Shown in pieces: positions 50,501 through 57,875 of a stretch of 64,000 nucleotides of DNA; the first letter of the stretch is position 1, and each line of letters starts with the position of its first letter. This DNA is from a virus, in IMG/VR virus record IMGVR_UViG_3300034093_003283; one strand, given 5' to 3'. Made by a program: the position numbers and the translations under genes. Below the pieces are notes generated by a model, which saw nothing but the letters and a program-made list of their open reading frames with translations, was not told where the DNA came from and ran no database searches.

Positions 50501-50693
50501 TGGTGTTGCAGGTGGAACAGCAACAATTTCTGGAACACAAACTGGCAATGCAACTACTGCTCCAATATACATTGGTTCAAAAGACAGTGGAACAAGTGGT
50601 TACGGAACAATTGGATACATTGCAGATTTGAGAGTCACAAATGGTGATGCAAGAACCATAATTTTACCAACAGCCCCATACGATATCAAATAA
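44511..50693 (+). CDS. Giant adhesin-like protein: IPT/TIG plus Ig-like domains plus 8 tandem LamG/ConA-like domains
   Basis: Eight modules starting S.YFDG.GDYL-like at about 45600, 46260, 46920, 47580, 48200, 48870, 49525 and 50170, each with FT.E.W, W.H.A and GYIS/A.LR. N-terminal region is paralogous to 35722. Confidence 0.85.
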   Translation: MFNAGVRGKRSKDTTGIITVGEHFNQQNFLVPTVTRFAVTDGSYVDTNDAAADTAGSQTIVLYGSGFAPGATVLVGSTTIGAVTFLDSGRLAFSSPALGSGSYTIFVTNANGGTGILVPGLVYSGVPTFTTSAGSLGSVYETTAISTTVVATGDAPITYAISSGSLPTGSTLSSSGTISGTAPVDGSSTTYSFTVQATDADNQDSVRSFSLTINTDVVSFSSPANNTTTTVTQNSPISNVTPAATSAAGYGVLYTSSGLPTGLSMNTSTGIISGTPTVVASNTSIITATANTTSRTAALYLNWTINLPGDLFWKYASLLMSANSAPNGNTFNTDASTINNEIVVVADTKPNEFHPFKEGYYSNFFDGTGDYLAILTSSAFNIATNSFTVEAWINTSSATQQTIFNISDTASSGYGAVRVQVLADKTVQWLMGPGGSWGVAVTAGSIVLGAWNHIAITRNGSSVYFFVNGLQVGTTQTYATSLTTGGTTYIGYNSGTAYGFNGYISNLRFVNGTALYTANTTLSTAPLTYVANTSLLTCQSNRLIDNSNNNFTIVKGGDTRVNPFSPFNGTPTTVTVPGANNYSVYFDGTGDYLTTAATSVWANLWFGDVTVECWVYFNSVASTPHIWSFSESSSIRVTLYVDSSVFKLYTTVSTGSVIITSATTLTTGRWYHVAITKNSGTWTMWLNGVSQGTSTSTNRPYGVNEMLAVGTQNYSPGAGDYLNGYISNFRAVSNTAVYTSAFTPSTTPLTAIANTSLLTAQANTIIDNSSNALTITTNGNAGPARNGPFANTTTVTLIGNEGSAYFDGTGDLLTIPNHPSHAALGTSNFTLELWFNQTVLNARDNYLISHRVGGYAPFLFWINSSGSLRSYASTSLGSWDTMNDTALATISLNTWYHLAYTRSGSTFKIFLNGAQVHSFTSSATFTTATTALNIGGQVGGTDNFTGYVSNARFVKGTALYTSAFVPSFAPLTPVANTVLLTAQTNLSSNTKVIVDESNLNNIVSGFGNSNLGTFSPFGSSRSVYFDGTGDYLDVPSNAVFTLGTGDFTIEGWMYMNSVTTGTLYDSRTGVSSVSPVIYLTSGVLVYYVAGSNVITGPTLLTGQWYHIAVVRNSGSTKMYLNGTQTGSTYTDSNNYVIGGPKIGAGYSNVNLLTGYISNLRVVKGTAVYTANTTAPTTPLVSVANTVLLTCNSNQFVDYAAANNVITRNGDAVVSEFSPFSTVTVTPASYSGYFDGNGDYLSVPTNAAFSIGTGDYTVETWLYLTGSAANMTFFAGGVTGTPVFNIGLTRTTISINPYGSGPVNETQGCVQYFNFNLNTWYHVAITRASGTTKIFLNGTQLGTNVNDPYGYVQGAMGIGATQDNVQPFTGYISNLRYVKGTALYTSNFTPSTTPLTAVANTSLLACQSTTFVDTSNNAFAITVNGNAKPVIQNPFTDTVSTASNYSANTFGNSVYFDGTGDYASYTASLLIPGPFTAECWFYNTSTSGAQQTLFAFNSTSGAYASVRVDCDGSNASNQMQALLSTSGSAWTTNIGVTSAYVKGVWNHIAVTRDSSNLVRFFVNGVVIGTATQTGTLYNTSTIHGIGTASLPGAISGPFQGYISNLRMINGQALYTGPFIPSGQPLPVTSNTTLLLASTVGPSTADATRNHNIETFGTARQVANNSPYYDTYSAYFKGSSDLLSIPGNSAFAFGTGDFTVEFWLYNNVSWASQTNPGVVGQKQDDGTAGWQIYRNGGSNDMYVRIVNTNDYGSGVTPATQVWEHWALVRSGSNLTWYRNGTATYTHTGFSQNITDTAGLLYIGYTQTWGGYLNAIISNLRIVKGTAVYTSNFTPSTTPLTAIANTVLLTCQSNRFIDGSTNAFTITKAGDAKITAFVPFANSNNSRFNSVYFPTKTDYLGIRPQPNVITFPGDFTFECWVYPTDTTLSSTWGIWDSRQAGGTANPMIFFLTALASPVTGSWRLSYYNGTQYYGTGTVLWNQWTHVAWARSGTTMTFYVNGVAGGTATISGTQTGNATTAPIYIGSKDSGTSGYGTIGYIADLRVTNGDARTIILPTAPYDIK

Positions 50694-50696
50694 ATA
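50689..50696 (+). promoter_or_regulatory. T4-type late promoter (AATAAATA)
   Basis: Overlaps the stop of 44511, upstream of 50717. Confidence 0.6.
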
Positions 50697-50716
50697 GTAT
50701 GAAAAGGCTATAACTA

Positions 50717-51994
50717 ATGTCAACACAAGTACCTCCATCAAGATTAGATTCAACCAAAGATTTTTCATCTTTGGTACCCTCTGCATTTGGCCGAGCAAAT
50801 CTTGCTTTTGCACAAGCTAATGCTGCGTTTGCACAAGCAAATACTGGCGGTTCTGGTGCAGATGCATATGCAAGAGATACGGCCAATGCGGGATTCATTA
50901 CTGCAAACTCAGCGTCAGTATTTGCGAATGGTGCATTTGATAGAGCCAATGCATCTTATGGTGTTGCAAATTCCGGTTCATCATTTGCAAATAGTTCTTT
51001 TGACCGTGCTAATGCAGCATACAATGCAGCTAATACAGCAACAGATTCATGGGTAAGAACTCAGGCAAACAATGCTTATGATAAAGCAAATTCGGCTGGT
51101 TCTTTTGCAAACGGTGCTTTTGATAGAGCTAATGCATCTTATGCATCACAAAACACTACGGCGGGTTTTGCCAATTCGGCATTTGCACACGCAAATGCGG
51201 CCTTTGCATCTGCTAATATAGCTAGTGGAAGTAATAACACAATATCGATTCAAACGGATAAATTTGTAGCAAATGGATCAACAACAACATTTAATTTAAG
51301 TGTAACACCTTTAAGTGAAGATTTTGTTACGGCAGTTGTTGAGGGTGCTGTTCAACTGAGAGACACATATACAGTATCAAGCAATGTGATATATTTTGAT
51401 TCAACATTCGAAAACGGTGCAAATATTGAAGTAACCATTTTGTCCGGAAATTCTTATTTGAGTGTATCAAGCACGGATACATATGCTAGAGGTACAGCAA
51501 ATGCAGCATTTGCAAAAGCAAATAATAATCTAACAGCCGCAACAGCTCAATCAGGCAGCGGAACAGCTGTAGACTTTACTAGTATTCCAAGTTGGGTTAA
51601 AAGAATAACTCTAATGTTTGCATTAGTTAGTACCAACGGAAATTCATTTCCTTTGGTTCAATTGGGAAATGGTGGATCAGCAACCACTTCGGGATACAAC
51701 TCAGTAGGCACAGCACTAACGGCTAGTGCCACAGGTGTATCAACAAGCACCGCTGGATTTATTATAAGAAACACTGGACAGTCAACTAGTTCTATGCATG
51801 GAAGTGTAGTTTTTAGTAATATAAATGGCAACCGTTGGGTGGCTTCCGGAACTTTTATAGATACTCAAGACAGTAGAACAATGTGGTGTGTTGGCCAAGT
51901 GGATTTGGGTGGCACTCTTGATATGCTCAGAGTTACCACAGTTAACGGATCAGACTCATATGATACCGGTACCATTAACATATTATATGAGTAA
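50717..51994 (+). CDS. Fibre protein: PSRLDSTKD N-peptide, AN heptads, GSTT domain, C-terminal globular tip
   Basis: C-terminal SGT.VDFT.IPSWVKRIT.MF..VST.G......QLG domain. Confidence 0.7.
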   Translation: MSTQVPPSRLDSTKDFSSLVPSAFGRANLAFAQANAAFAQANTGGSGADAYARDTANAGFITANSASVFANGAFDRANASYGVANSGSSFANSSFDRANAAYNAANTATDSWVRTQANNAYDKANSAGSFANGAFDRANASYASQNTTAGFANSAFAHANAAFASANIASGSNNTISIQTDKFVANGSTTTFNLSVTPLSEDFVTAVVEGAVQLRDTYTVSSNVIYFDSTFENGANIEVTILSGNSYLSVSSTDTYARGTANAAFAKANNNLTAATAQSGSGTAVDFTSIPSWVKRITLMFALVSTNGNSFPLVQLGNGGSATTSGYNSVGTALTASATGVSTSTAGFIIRNTGQSTSSMHGSVVFSNINGNRWVASGTFIDTQDSRTMWCVGQVDLGGTLDMLRVTTVNGSDSYDTGTINILYE

Positions 51995-52002
51995 ACAATA
52001 AA

Positions 52003-53751
52003 ATGCCAACAAAATTAAGTCCGTCAAGATTAGATTCAACCAAAGATTTTTCATCGTTGGTGCCTTCTGCCTTTGACCAAGCCAACTCTGCCGCTTCATT
52101 TGCAAACGGTGCTTTTACGGCAGCTAATACATCGGACTCAAAAGCTACAAGTGCTGGTGTATTTGCCAATAACGCATTTGATAGAGCTAATTCTGCCTAT
52201 GAAACGGCTAATGCAAGTTCTGGTACCTATGCAACGGCAGCTTTTGGTCAAGCCAATTCGGCAGCCAGTTTTGCTAATGGTGCTTTTACAACAGCCAATT
52301 CTAGTGCATCTTTTGCCAACGGAGCCTTTACTAAAGCAAACAATGCACTTGCAAATACCAGTGGTGCCACATTTAATGGAATTTTAAATGTTACAGGAAC
52401 ACTTAGAGCTCTATCTCAAGGTGGAGATGAAGGTGGTGAAATATTCTTAGACAAAGCCTCAACCAATACAACTTTGTCAGCTGGTGTAACAATTGACATT
52501 TATCAAAATAAACTTAGAATTTTTGAAACTGGTGGTTCTGTACGTGGTGCATTCATTGACATGTCTGCTGCAGGTGCAGGTGTTAGTAGTGATTTGTTAT
52601 CTGGTGGCGGAGGTGGTACAGTAGACACTACTGCTAGAGCTTCGGCGGCCACAGCAGATGCAAAAGCAGTCTCAGCAGCAGAATTTGCCAATGGTGCATT
52701 TGATAGAGCCAATGCTGCATATAATACTGCAAATAATGCAACAGATTCATGGGTGAGAAATCAGGCTAACAATGCCTATGATACAGCCAACTCGGCAGGT
52801 TCATATGCCAACGGAGCATTTACAACCGCAAACTCAGCCGCATCGTTTGCTAACGGAGCTTTCACGGCAGCCAATACGGCTGATGATAAAGCCACAAGTG
52901 CTGGTTCATTTGCTAATGGTGCTTTTGTAACTGCTAATAGTGGCGCAACATTTGCCAATGCAGCCTTTGATAGAGCCAATGCAGCATATGCACAGGCAAA
53001 TACAGGTGGTGGCGGTGGCGCTGATGCTTATGCCAGAGATACAGCAAACGCAGCTTTCTTGCAAGCCAACTCGGCAGCCAGTTTTGCTAATGGTGCTTTC
53101 GTAACAGCCAATGCATCCTATGCATCACAAAACACCACAGCATCTTTTGCAAACGGAGCATTTACAGCAGCCAATACGGCTGATGATAAAGCCGTTAGTG
53201 CTGGTTCATTTGCTAATGGTGCTTTTGATAGAGCCAACGCATCATATACTGCACAGAATACGACAGCAGGATTTGCCAACTCGGCATATGCACACGCCAA
53301 CGCAGCTTACTTAGCAGCAAATACAGGTGGTGGAGGTGGCGGCGGTGCTGATGCTTATGCCAGAGATACAGCAAATGCGGCTTTCTTAAAAGCAAATACA
53401 AATGTACTTATTGTTTCAATTGTAGAAGATTCAACATTTGTCACAGTAGGATCAGCTAAAGCAACATTTAGAGCACCATATGCCATGACATTGACAGGTT
53501 TACCTAGAGCTACATTAAATGTGGCATCAACTAGCGGAGTTGTTAACGTTGATGTTAAGTTAAGTGGCACAACAATATTAGGTGCAAATAAATTAACACT
53601 TGATGCAACAGAAAAAACAAGTACAACTGCGGCCGCAGCAACAAGTTATGTAACCACATCTATTGCTGACGATGCAGAAATTTCAATAGATGTTTTTTCT
53701 GCTGGTGTAAATGCTAAAGGATTAAAAGTAATTTTTTATTATACAAGTTAA
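52003..53751 (+). CDS. Fibre stalk: PSRLDSTKD N-peptide, AN heptads, C-terminal connector domain
   Basis: Internal GGDEGGEI.L...IDIYQNKLRIFE.GG..RG module. C-terminal G.AK.TFR.PYAMTL..LPRA.L..ASTSG...VD...KGLKV domain shared with 56266. Confidence 0.7.
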   Translation: MPTKLSPSRLDSTKDFSSLVPSAFDQANSAASFANGAFTAANTSDSKATSAGVFANNAFDRANSAYETANASSGTYATAAFGQANSAASFANGAFTTANSSASFANGAFTKANNALANTSGATFNGILNVTGTLRALSQGGDEGGEIFLDKASTNTTLSAGVTIDIYQNKLRIFETGGSVRGAFIDMSAAGAGVSSDLLSGGGGGTVDTTARASAATADAKAVSAAEFANGAFDRANAAYNTANNATDSWVRNQANNAYDTANSAGSYANGAFTTANSAASFANGAFTAANTADDKATSAGSFANGAFVTANSGATFANAAFDRANAAYAQANTGGGGGADAYARDTANAAFLQANSAASFANGAFVTANASYASQNTTASFANGAFTAANTADDKAVSAGSFANGAFDRANASYTAQNTTAGFANSAYAHANAAYLAANTGGGGGGGADAYARDTANAAFLKANTNVLIVSIVEDSTFVTVGSAKATFRAPYAMTLTGLPRATLNVASTSGVVNVDVKLSGTTILGANKLTLDATEKTSTTAAAATSYVTTSIADDAEISIDVFSAGVNAKGLKVIFYYTS

Positions 53752-53753
53752 TT

Positions 53754-55805
53754 ATGACTATAACATATATTAATCAAGCAATCAGATATGTTCCACCTTC
53801 AGGTGAACAAGATTTCACCTCATTTGCTGGAGCTATTGATTGGATAGTGCCAAGAGGAGTCCACACAATTTCTGTTTTTGTCTGTGGTGGAGGCGGCGGA
53901 GGAGCTTGTTCTAGTACCAATGCTGCAACAGGTGGTGGTGGAGGAGATACAGCTTGGGGTAACAACATAAATGTAACTCCAGGTGAAGTTTTGTATGTAC
54001 AGATAGGTGCCGGCGGTGGCCAAGGTTCTGGTTCTGGTTCCGCTGGTGGTGCTGGCGGCGAATCATTTATTTCAAGAGATGGTATTAGATTAATAAGTGC
54101 AGCCGGCGGAGGCGGAGGCGTGATTGGACCAAGTGGATGTACATCTCCAAGCGGCACAACATCAACTTATAGTTTACCTTCGTCTGATTATGGATTAGGT
54201 GGTTATTCAGCTTCTACAGCAAGCGCAGCAAGTGAAAGAAGCACTGGCGGCGGAGGCGCAGGCGGATATGAAAGCACTTATCGTGGCGGTAGCGCTGTTG
54301 GTACAACAACTTATGCTTCGGGCGGTGGCGCTGGCGGCGCTGGGCGTTCCCAAGGCGGCGGTGGAGGTGTTGGTCCTTGGGGCCAAGGTAGCAGTGGAGC
54401 CGCAGGAGCATCTGGAAATGCCAACGGAAATGGAGGATCAGGAGGATCTCCAGTAACAAGTTATATCACATCAGTAGGTAACGTTGGAGCCACCGCATGG
54501 TCACCACATGGATGGTGTCTACATGGAGCATTATTTGGTGGCGGAGGAGGAGGAGGTCAAGGGGAAAACTCTGGCACTAGAGGTGGTATTGGTGCTAGAG
54601 GTTGTGTGAGAATTATTTGGGGAGAAAATAGAAGTTATCCAAGCACTAACACAGGACCCCAATATAATGGTATATCAGGATCAACAGGTGGTGCAGGATT
54701 TACTGGACCCGGCACTACTTCTTGGACTGTTCCTGATGGTATATCAACTTTTTCTGTATGTTGTATTGGTGGCGGCGGTGCAGGAATGCAAGGGACTTCA
54801 ACAACAGGTAAAGGATCAGGAGCTGGAGGAGGTTTAGGTTGGGCTTTTTTTAATTGTATTCCAGGAGAAACATTTACGGTTGTCGTTGGTGCCGGAGGAC
54901 AATCTACAGCAGTAAATACTGTTACGCAAGGCAGTTCCAGTTCTATAACACGCAACGTACAGTTTAAAGGATTTATTACAGGAACAACACTACACGTAGT
55001 TGAAATGATTTCAGGATTAATTACAACAGGTCAAACAATAACAGCTGCAGCAGGCGTAACTGCATGTGGTATAGATCAATTTATATCAGGTGCCCAAACA
55101 ACATATAAGTATGGTGGAGTGGGTGCATACACAGTTGGTGTATCACAAACTGTAGGTTCATTCACAAATTTAACCACATTCAATGCAACTGACATATTGT
55201 TGACAGCAACTGCTGGAGAATCTGCCAGAGCTGTTAGTGGCGGCAACCCAGTTGGAGGATCATATTCAGTAAGTGGCCGGGCTTTAGGTAGCGGTGGAGG
55301 TAATGGTGGAATCGGCGGAATAAGCAGTTCATCAACCACAGCTCGAGGCGGCGGCGGCGGTGGCGCCGGTGGGTACAATGGTACCGGCGGAAATGGAAGA
55401 GGTGCATCTGCAACGACGGCGGGAGGGAATTGGCCTGTATCAGCAGGCAATCCAACAACCACTCTTAGTGGTGCAGCTACCGGCGGCGCAACTGGGGCCA
55501 CGGCGCTTAGTGCTGGCGCAGGCGGCGGCGGAACTGGTTTTGGTGGACAAGGACCCGACGGTAATGCGTACTCCGGAACAGGTAGTTATTATTCATCTGC
55601 GTCACAACCATCAGTAATAGCGGGTCTCCCTGGTAGTTTTGGATCATATGGAGCAACTAGAGCAGGCAGTGCTGCAGGTGGTAATTACGGCGGCGGCGCA
55701 GGTGGTGCAGGAGGTGGTTTTTCAAGTGGAAGATGTAATGGTGGTGAAGGCGCTGTAGGTATCTTTTATGGTGCAAGACAACCGTATCCAGATCCTGGGT
55801 TATAA
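53754..55805 (+). CDS. Glycine-rich adhesin-like tip protein with two tandem Gly-rich domains
   Basis: Two W.VP.G....SV...GGGG.G ... V.PGE.....G.GG ... G.V.I.W/Y units. Locally GC-richer. Confidence 0.7.
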   Translation: MTITYINQAIRYVPPSGEQDFTSFAGAIDWIVPRGVHTISVFVCGGGGGGACSSTNAATGGGGGDTAWGNNINVTPGEVLYVQIGAGGGQGSGSGSAGGAGGESFISRDGIRLISAAGGGGGVIGPSGCTSPSGTTSTYSLPSSDYGLGGYSASTASAASERSTGGGGAGGYESTYRGGSAVGTTTYASGGGAGGAGRSQGGGGGVGPWGQGSSGAAGASGNANGNGGSGGSPVTSYITSVGNVGATAWSPHGWCLHGALFGGGGGGGQGENSGTRGGIGARGCVRIIWGENRSYPSTNTGPQYNGISGSTGGAGFTGPGTTSWTVPDGISTFSVCCIGGGGAGMQGTSTTGKGSGAGGGLGWAFFNCIPGETFTVVVGAGGQSTAVNTVTQGSSSSITRNVQFKGFITGTTLHVVEMISGLITTGQTITAAAGVTACGIDQFISGAQTTYKYGGVGAYTVGVSQTVGSFTNLTTFNATDILLTATAGESARAVSGGNPVGGSYSVSGRALGSGGGNGGIGGISSSSTTARGGGGGGAGGYNGTGGNGRGASATTAGGNWPVSAGNPTTTLSGAATGGATGATALSAGAGGGGTGFGGQGPDGNAYSGTGSYYSSASQPSVIAGLPGSFGSYGATRAGSAAGGNYGGGAGGAGGGFSSGRCNGGEGAVGIFYGARQPYPDPGL

Positions 55806-55822
55806 AATTGTAAGGAGAAAAT

Positions 55823-56263
55823 ATGATTAGTAATTTTAATTTATACATAGAAATTAAAGATGGAGAACCAATTGGGCATCCATATTTAAAATCAAATTTG
55901 GAAGAATTTAATCCAAACTTTCTTGATCCGAATGCAGAAAGAAAGTTTTGTCAATTTGTGAGGGTACCAAAGCCTCTTCCACAAAAATGGGATGAAATTG
56001 TATTAGACAGTGTGGAGTATAAAATTATTGACGGCATTTGTTATGATGTTTGGACTATTCGTGATTTAACATCAGAAGAAAGACAAGAAAGATTAGATAA
56101 CTTAGCCGCATCCAATCCTTATTCATCTTGGACTGTAGATGAAGTAAATTATGATTTAATTCCACCAACACCAAGGCCTAGTGAAGGTTCATGGGAATGG
56201 AATGAAGAATCGTTAAGTTGGATTCCTTATGTTGAACCAGAAGAACCCGAAACAACAGAATAA
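55823..56263 (+). CDS. Small acidic fibre-associated protein (possible tip chaperone or cap)
   Basis: C-terminal PY.SW........PPTP.P.....W.WNE....W motif. Follows a Gly-rich tip gene. RBS AAGGAG. Confidence 0.55.
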   Translation: MISNFNLYIEIKDGEPIGHPYLKSNLEEFNPNFLDPNAERKFCQFVRVPKPLPQKWDEIVLDSVEYKIIDGICYDVWTIRDLTSEERQERLDNLAASNPYSSWTVDEVNYDLIPPTPRPSEGSWEWNEESLSWIPYVEPEEPETTE

Positions 56264-56265
56264 AA

Positions 56266-56754
56266 ATGACAACACAAATAAAGTTACCTAATATAGACTC
56301 CTCGATTGATTATTCATCGTTGGTTGGTTCAGCATATGTTAAAGCAAACTCTGGTGCAACATTTGCTAATGCGGCTTTTACAACAGCAAATTCATCCGCA
56401 AACCTTTCAATGACGGTAGCTTTGAGTGATGAAACAACGGCGATAACTACGGGTACTGCCAAGGTAACTTTTAGAGTTCCATATGCAATGACGTTGTATC
56501 AACTACCAAGAGCATCATTGGCTACTGCAAGTACATCAGGTAATCCTACAGTTGATATAGATAAAAATGGAGTGTCGATTTTTAGTACACTTTTAAGTAT
56601 AGATGCAAATGAAAAAACAAGCGTAACTGCTGCAACGCCAGCTGTTTTGTCTACAACTACTTTTGCAGATGATGATGAAATAACTATGGATATTTCTACA
56701 GCTGGAACGGCCGCAAAAGGATTAAAAGTTACTCTTTATTATAGAAGAACATGA
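56266..56754 (+). CDS. Short connector, minimal paralogue of 52003
   Basis: N-peptide DSS.DYSSLV.SA, a few AN heptads, same C-terminal domain as 52003. Confidence 0.7.
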   Translation: MTTQIKLPNIDSSIDYSSLVGSAYVKANSGATFANAAFTTANSSANLSMTVALSDETTAITTGTAKVTFRVPYAMTLYQLPRASLATASTSGNPTVDIDKNGVSIFSTLLSIDANEKTSVTAATPAVLSTTTFADDDEITMDISTAGTAAKGLKVTLYYRRT

Positions 56755-57830
56755 GTTATCTTGTAAATTCTTACATTCTTGGACCAACCGGTATTGCTCC
56801 AGGGCAACAAGAATATACTACACCGGGCACATATTCATGGGTTGCACCTGAAGGTGTTACAAGTGTGAGTGTGGTTACAATTGGTGGTGGCGGTGCAGGT
56901 GGAGCTATGTGTCAAAATCAAACTTTACCATTCAGAATGGCCGGTGGCGGTGGCGGCGGCACAGGATGGAAAAATAATATTCCAGTTACGCCAGGAGTAT
57001 CGTATACTGTAGTTGTTGGTGCAGGACAATCAAGTGTATCAGCCAACGTTACAATTAATGTATATCCAGGAAGACACACAACAGGTAATAGTTATTTTAT
57101 TGATTTGTCTACAGTAGCCGGTTTCGGTGGATCAGGACCAACAAGTGCTGCAAGTGCCAATTCAGTTGGTGGCATCTTTGTTGGTGATGGTGGTGGTAAT
57201 GGTGGTGGTGCAAGTTCAACTAATTCACCATCTAGTGCCAACTCTGGTGTTTGGGGTGGTGGCGGTGCTGGCGGCATGATTTCTACTGGAGGAGCTCCAG
57301 GTGTACAAGGTAGATCATGGCCAAGTCCTGGTGGCGGAACATTTGGTGGTTCTGCCGGTGGGCAATCTGATGCATCAGGACCCACTGTCACCGATGGTGT
57401 AACATATGGCGGCGCAGCTGGTGGTGGAGGATCCTCAGGTGTGGAAAACGGACCTTCATCAAGAGGTGGTGGCGGCGGCGGTCAAAGTCTAAACCGAATA
57501 GTGAGTGGCAGTGGTGGCGCTGCAATATACACCATTAGTGGCGTCAAAACTGGTACCATTTCGTATGGTGGTGCAACCAGCGGCACTTCAACCGGAAGTG
57601 GATCTACCAATGGTGATAATGGTACCACAAATGCATTTACAGCTGCTGGTGGATATGGTGGAAATTATGGTGGCGGCGGCGCAGCAGTGCGTAAAGGTCC
57701 CGGTGTGGTTGGTGGATTACCTGTGGTTAGTGGGTATGGCGCTGGAGGTGCAGTAAGAATTATCTGGGCAGGCACAAGACCAGGTGATGTGTCTCGTTCT
57801 TTCCCAGAAACAAATCTTAGCAATTTATAA
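56751..57830 (+). CDS. Glycine-rich adhesin-like tip protein
   Basis: GQQEYTTPGTYSW.AP.GVTSVSVV.IGGGG.G, NNIPVTPG.SYTVVVG.G, G..GAVRIIW. Paralogous to 53754. Confidence 0.7.
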   Translation: MSYLVNSYILGPTGIAPGQQEYTTPGTYSWVAPEGVTSVSVVTIGGGGAGGAMCQNQTLPFRMAGGGGGGTGWKNNIPVTPGVSYTVVVGAGQSSVSANVTINVYPGRHTTGNSYFIDLSTVAGFGGSGPTSAASANSVGGIFVGDGGGNGGGASSTNSPSSANSGVWGGGGAGGMISTGGAPGVQGRSWPSPGGGTFGGSAGGQSDASGPTVTDGVTYGGAAGGGGSSGVENGPSSRGGGGGGQSLNRIVSGSGGAAIYTISGVKTGTISYGGATSGTSTGSGSTNGDNGTTNAFTAAGGYGGNYGGGGAAVRKGPGVVGGLPVVSGYGAGGAVRIIWAGTRPGDVSRSFPETNLSNL

Positions 57831-57848
57831 AACGCAAGTGGAACGAAA

Positions 57849-57856
57849 CATAAATA
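57849..57856 (+). promoter_or_regulatory. T4-type late promoter (CATAAATA) for the neck/terminase operon
   Basis: Intergenic, upstream of gp13. Confidence 0.7.
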
Positions 57857-57875
57857 TCCTTATTAGGGGGATATA

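Noticed and set aside
50699-50713. Mini-ORF MKRL between the late promoter and 50717
   Set aside because: Four codons, expected by chance. It overlaps the likely RBS region and has no supporting evidence.
38578-57830. Invertible tail-fibre shufflon
   Set aside because: All genes are co-oriented, the repeats are direct, and no recombinase gene is in the window.
41486-57830. Antisense Pro-rich ORFs and GC-richer patches as separate genes or foreign islands
   Set aside because: Explained by poly-Gly codons (ggc/ggt/gga) on the sense strand.
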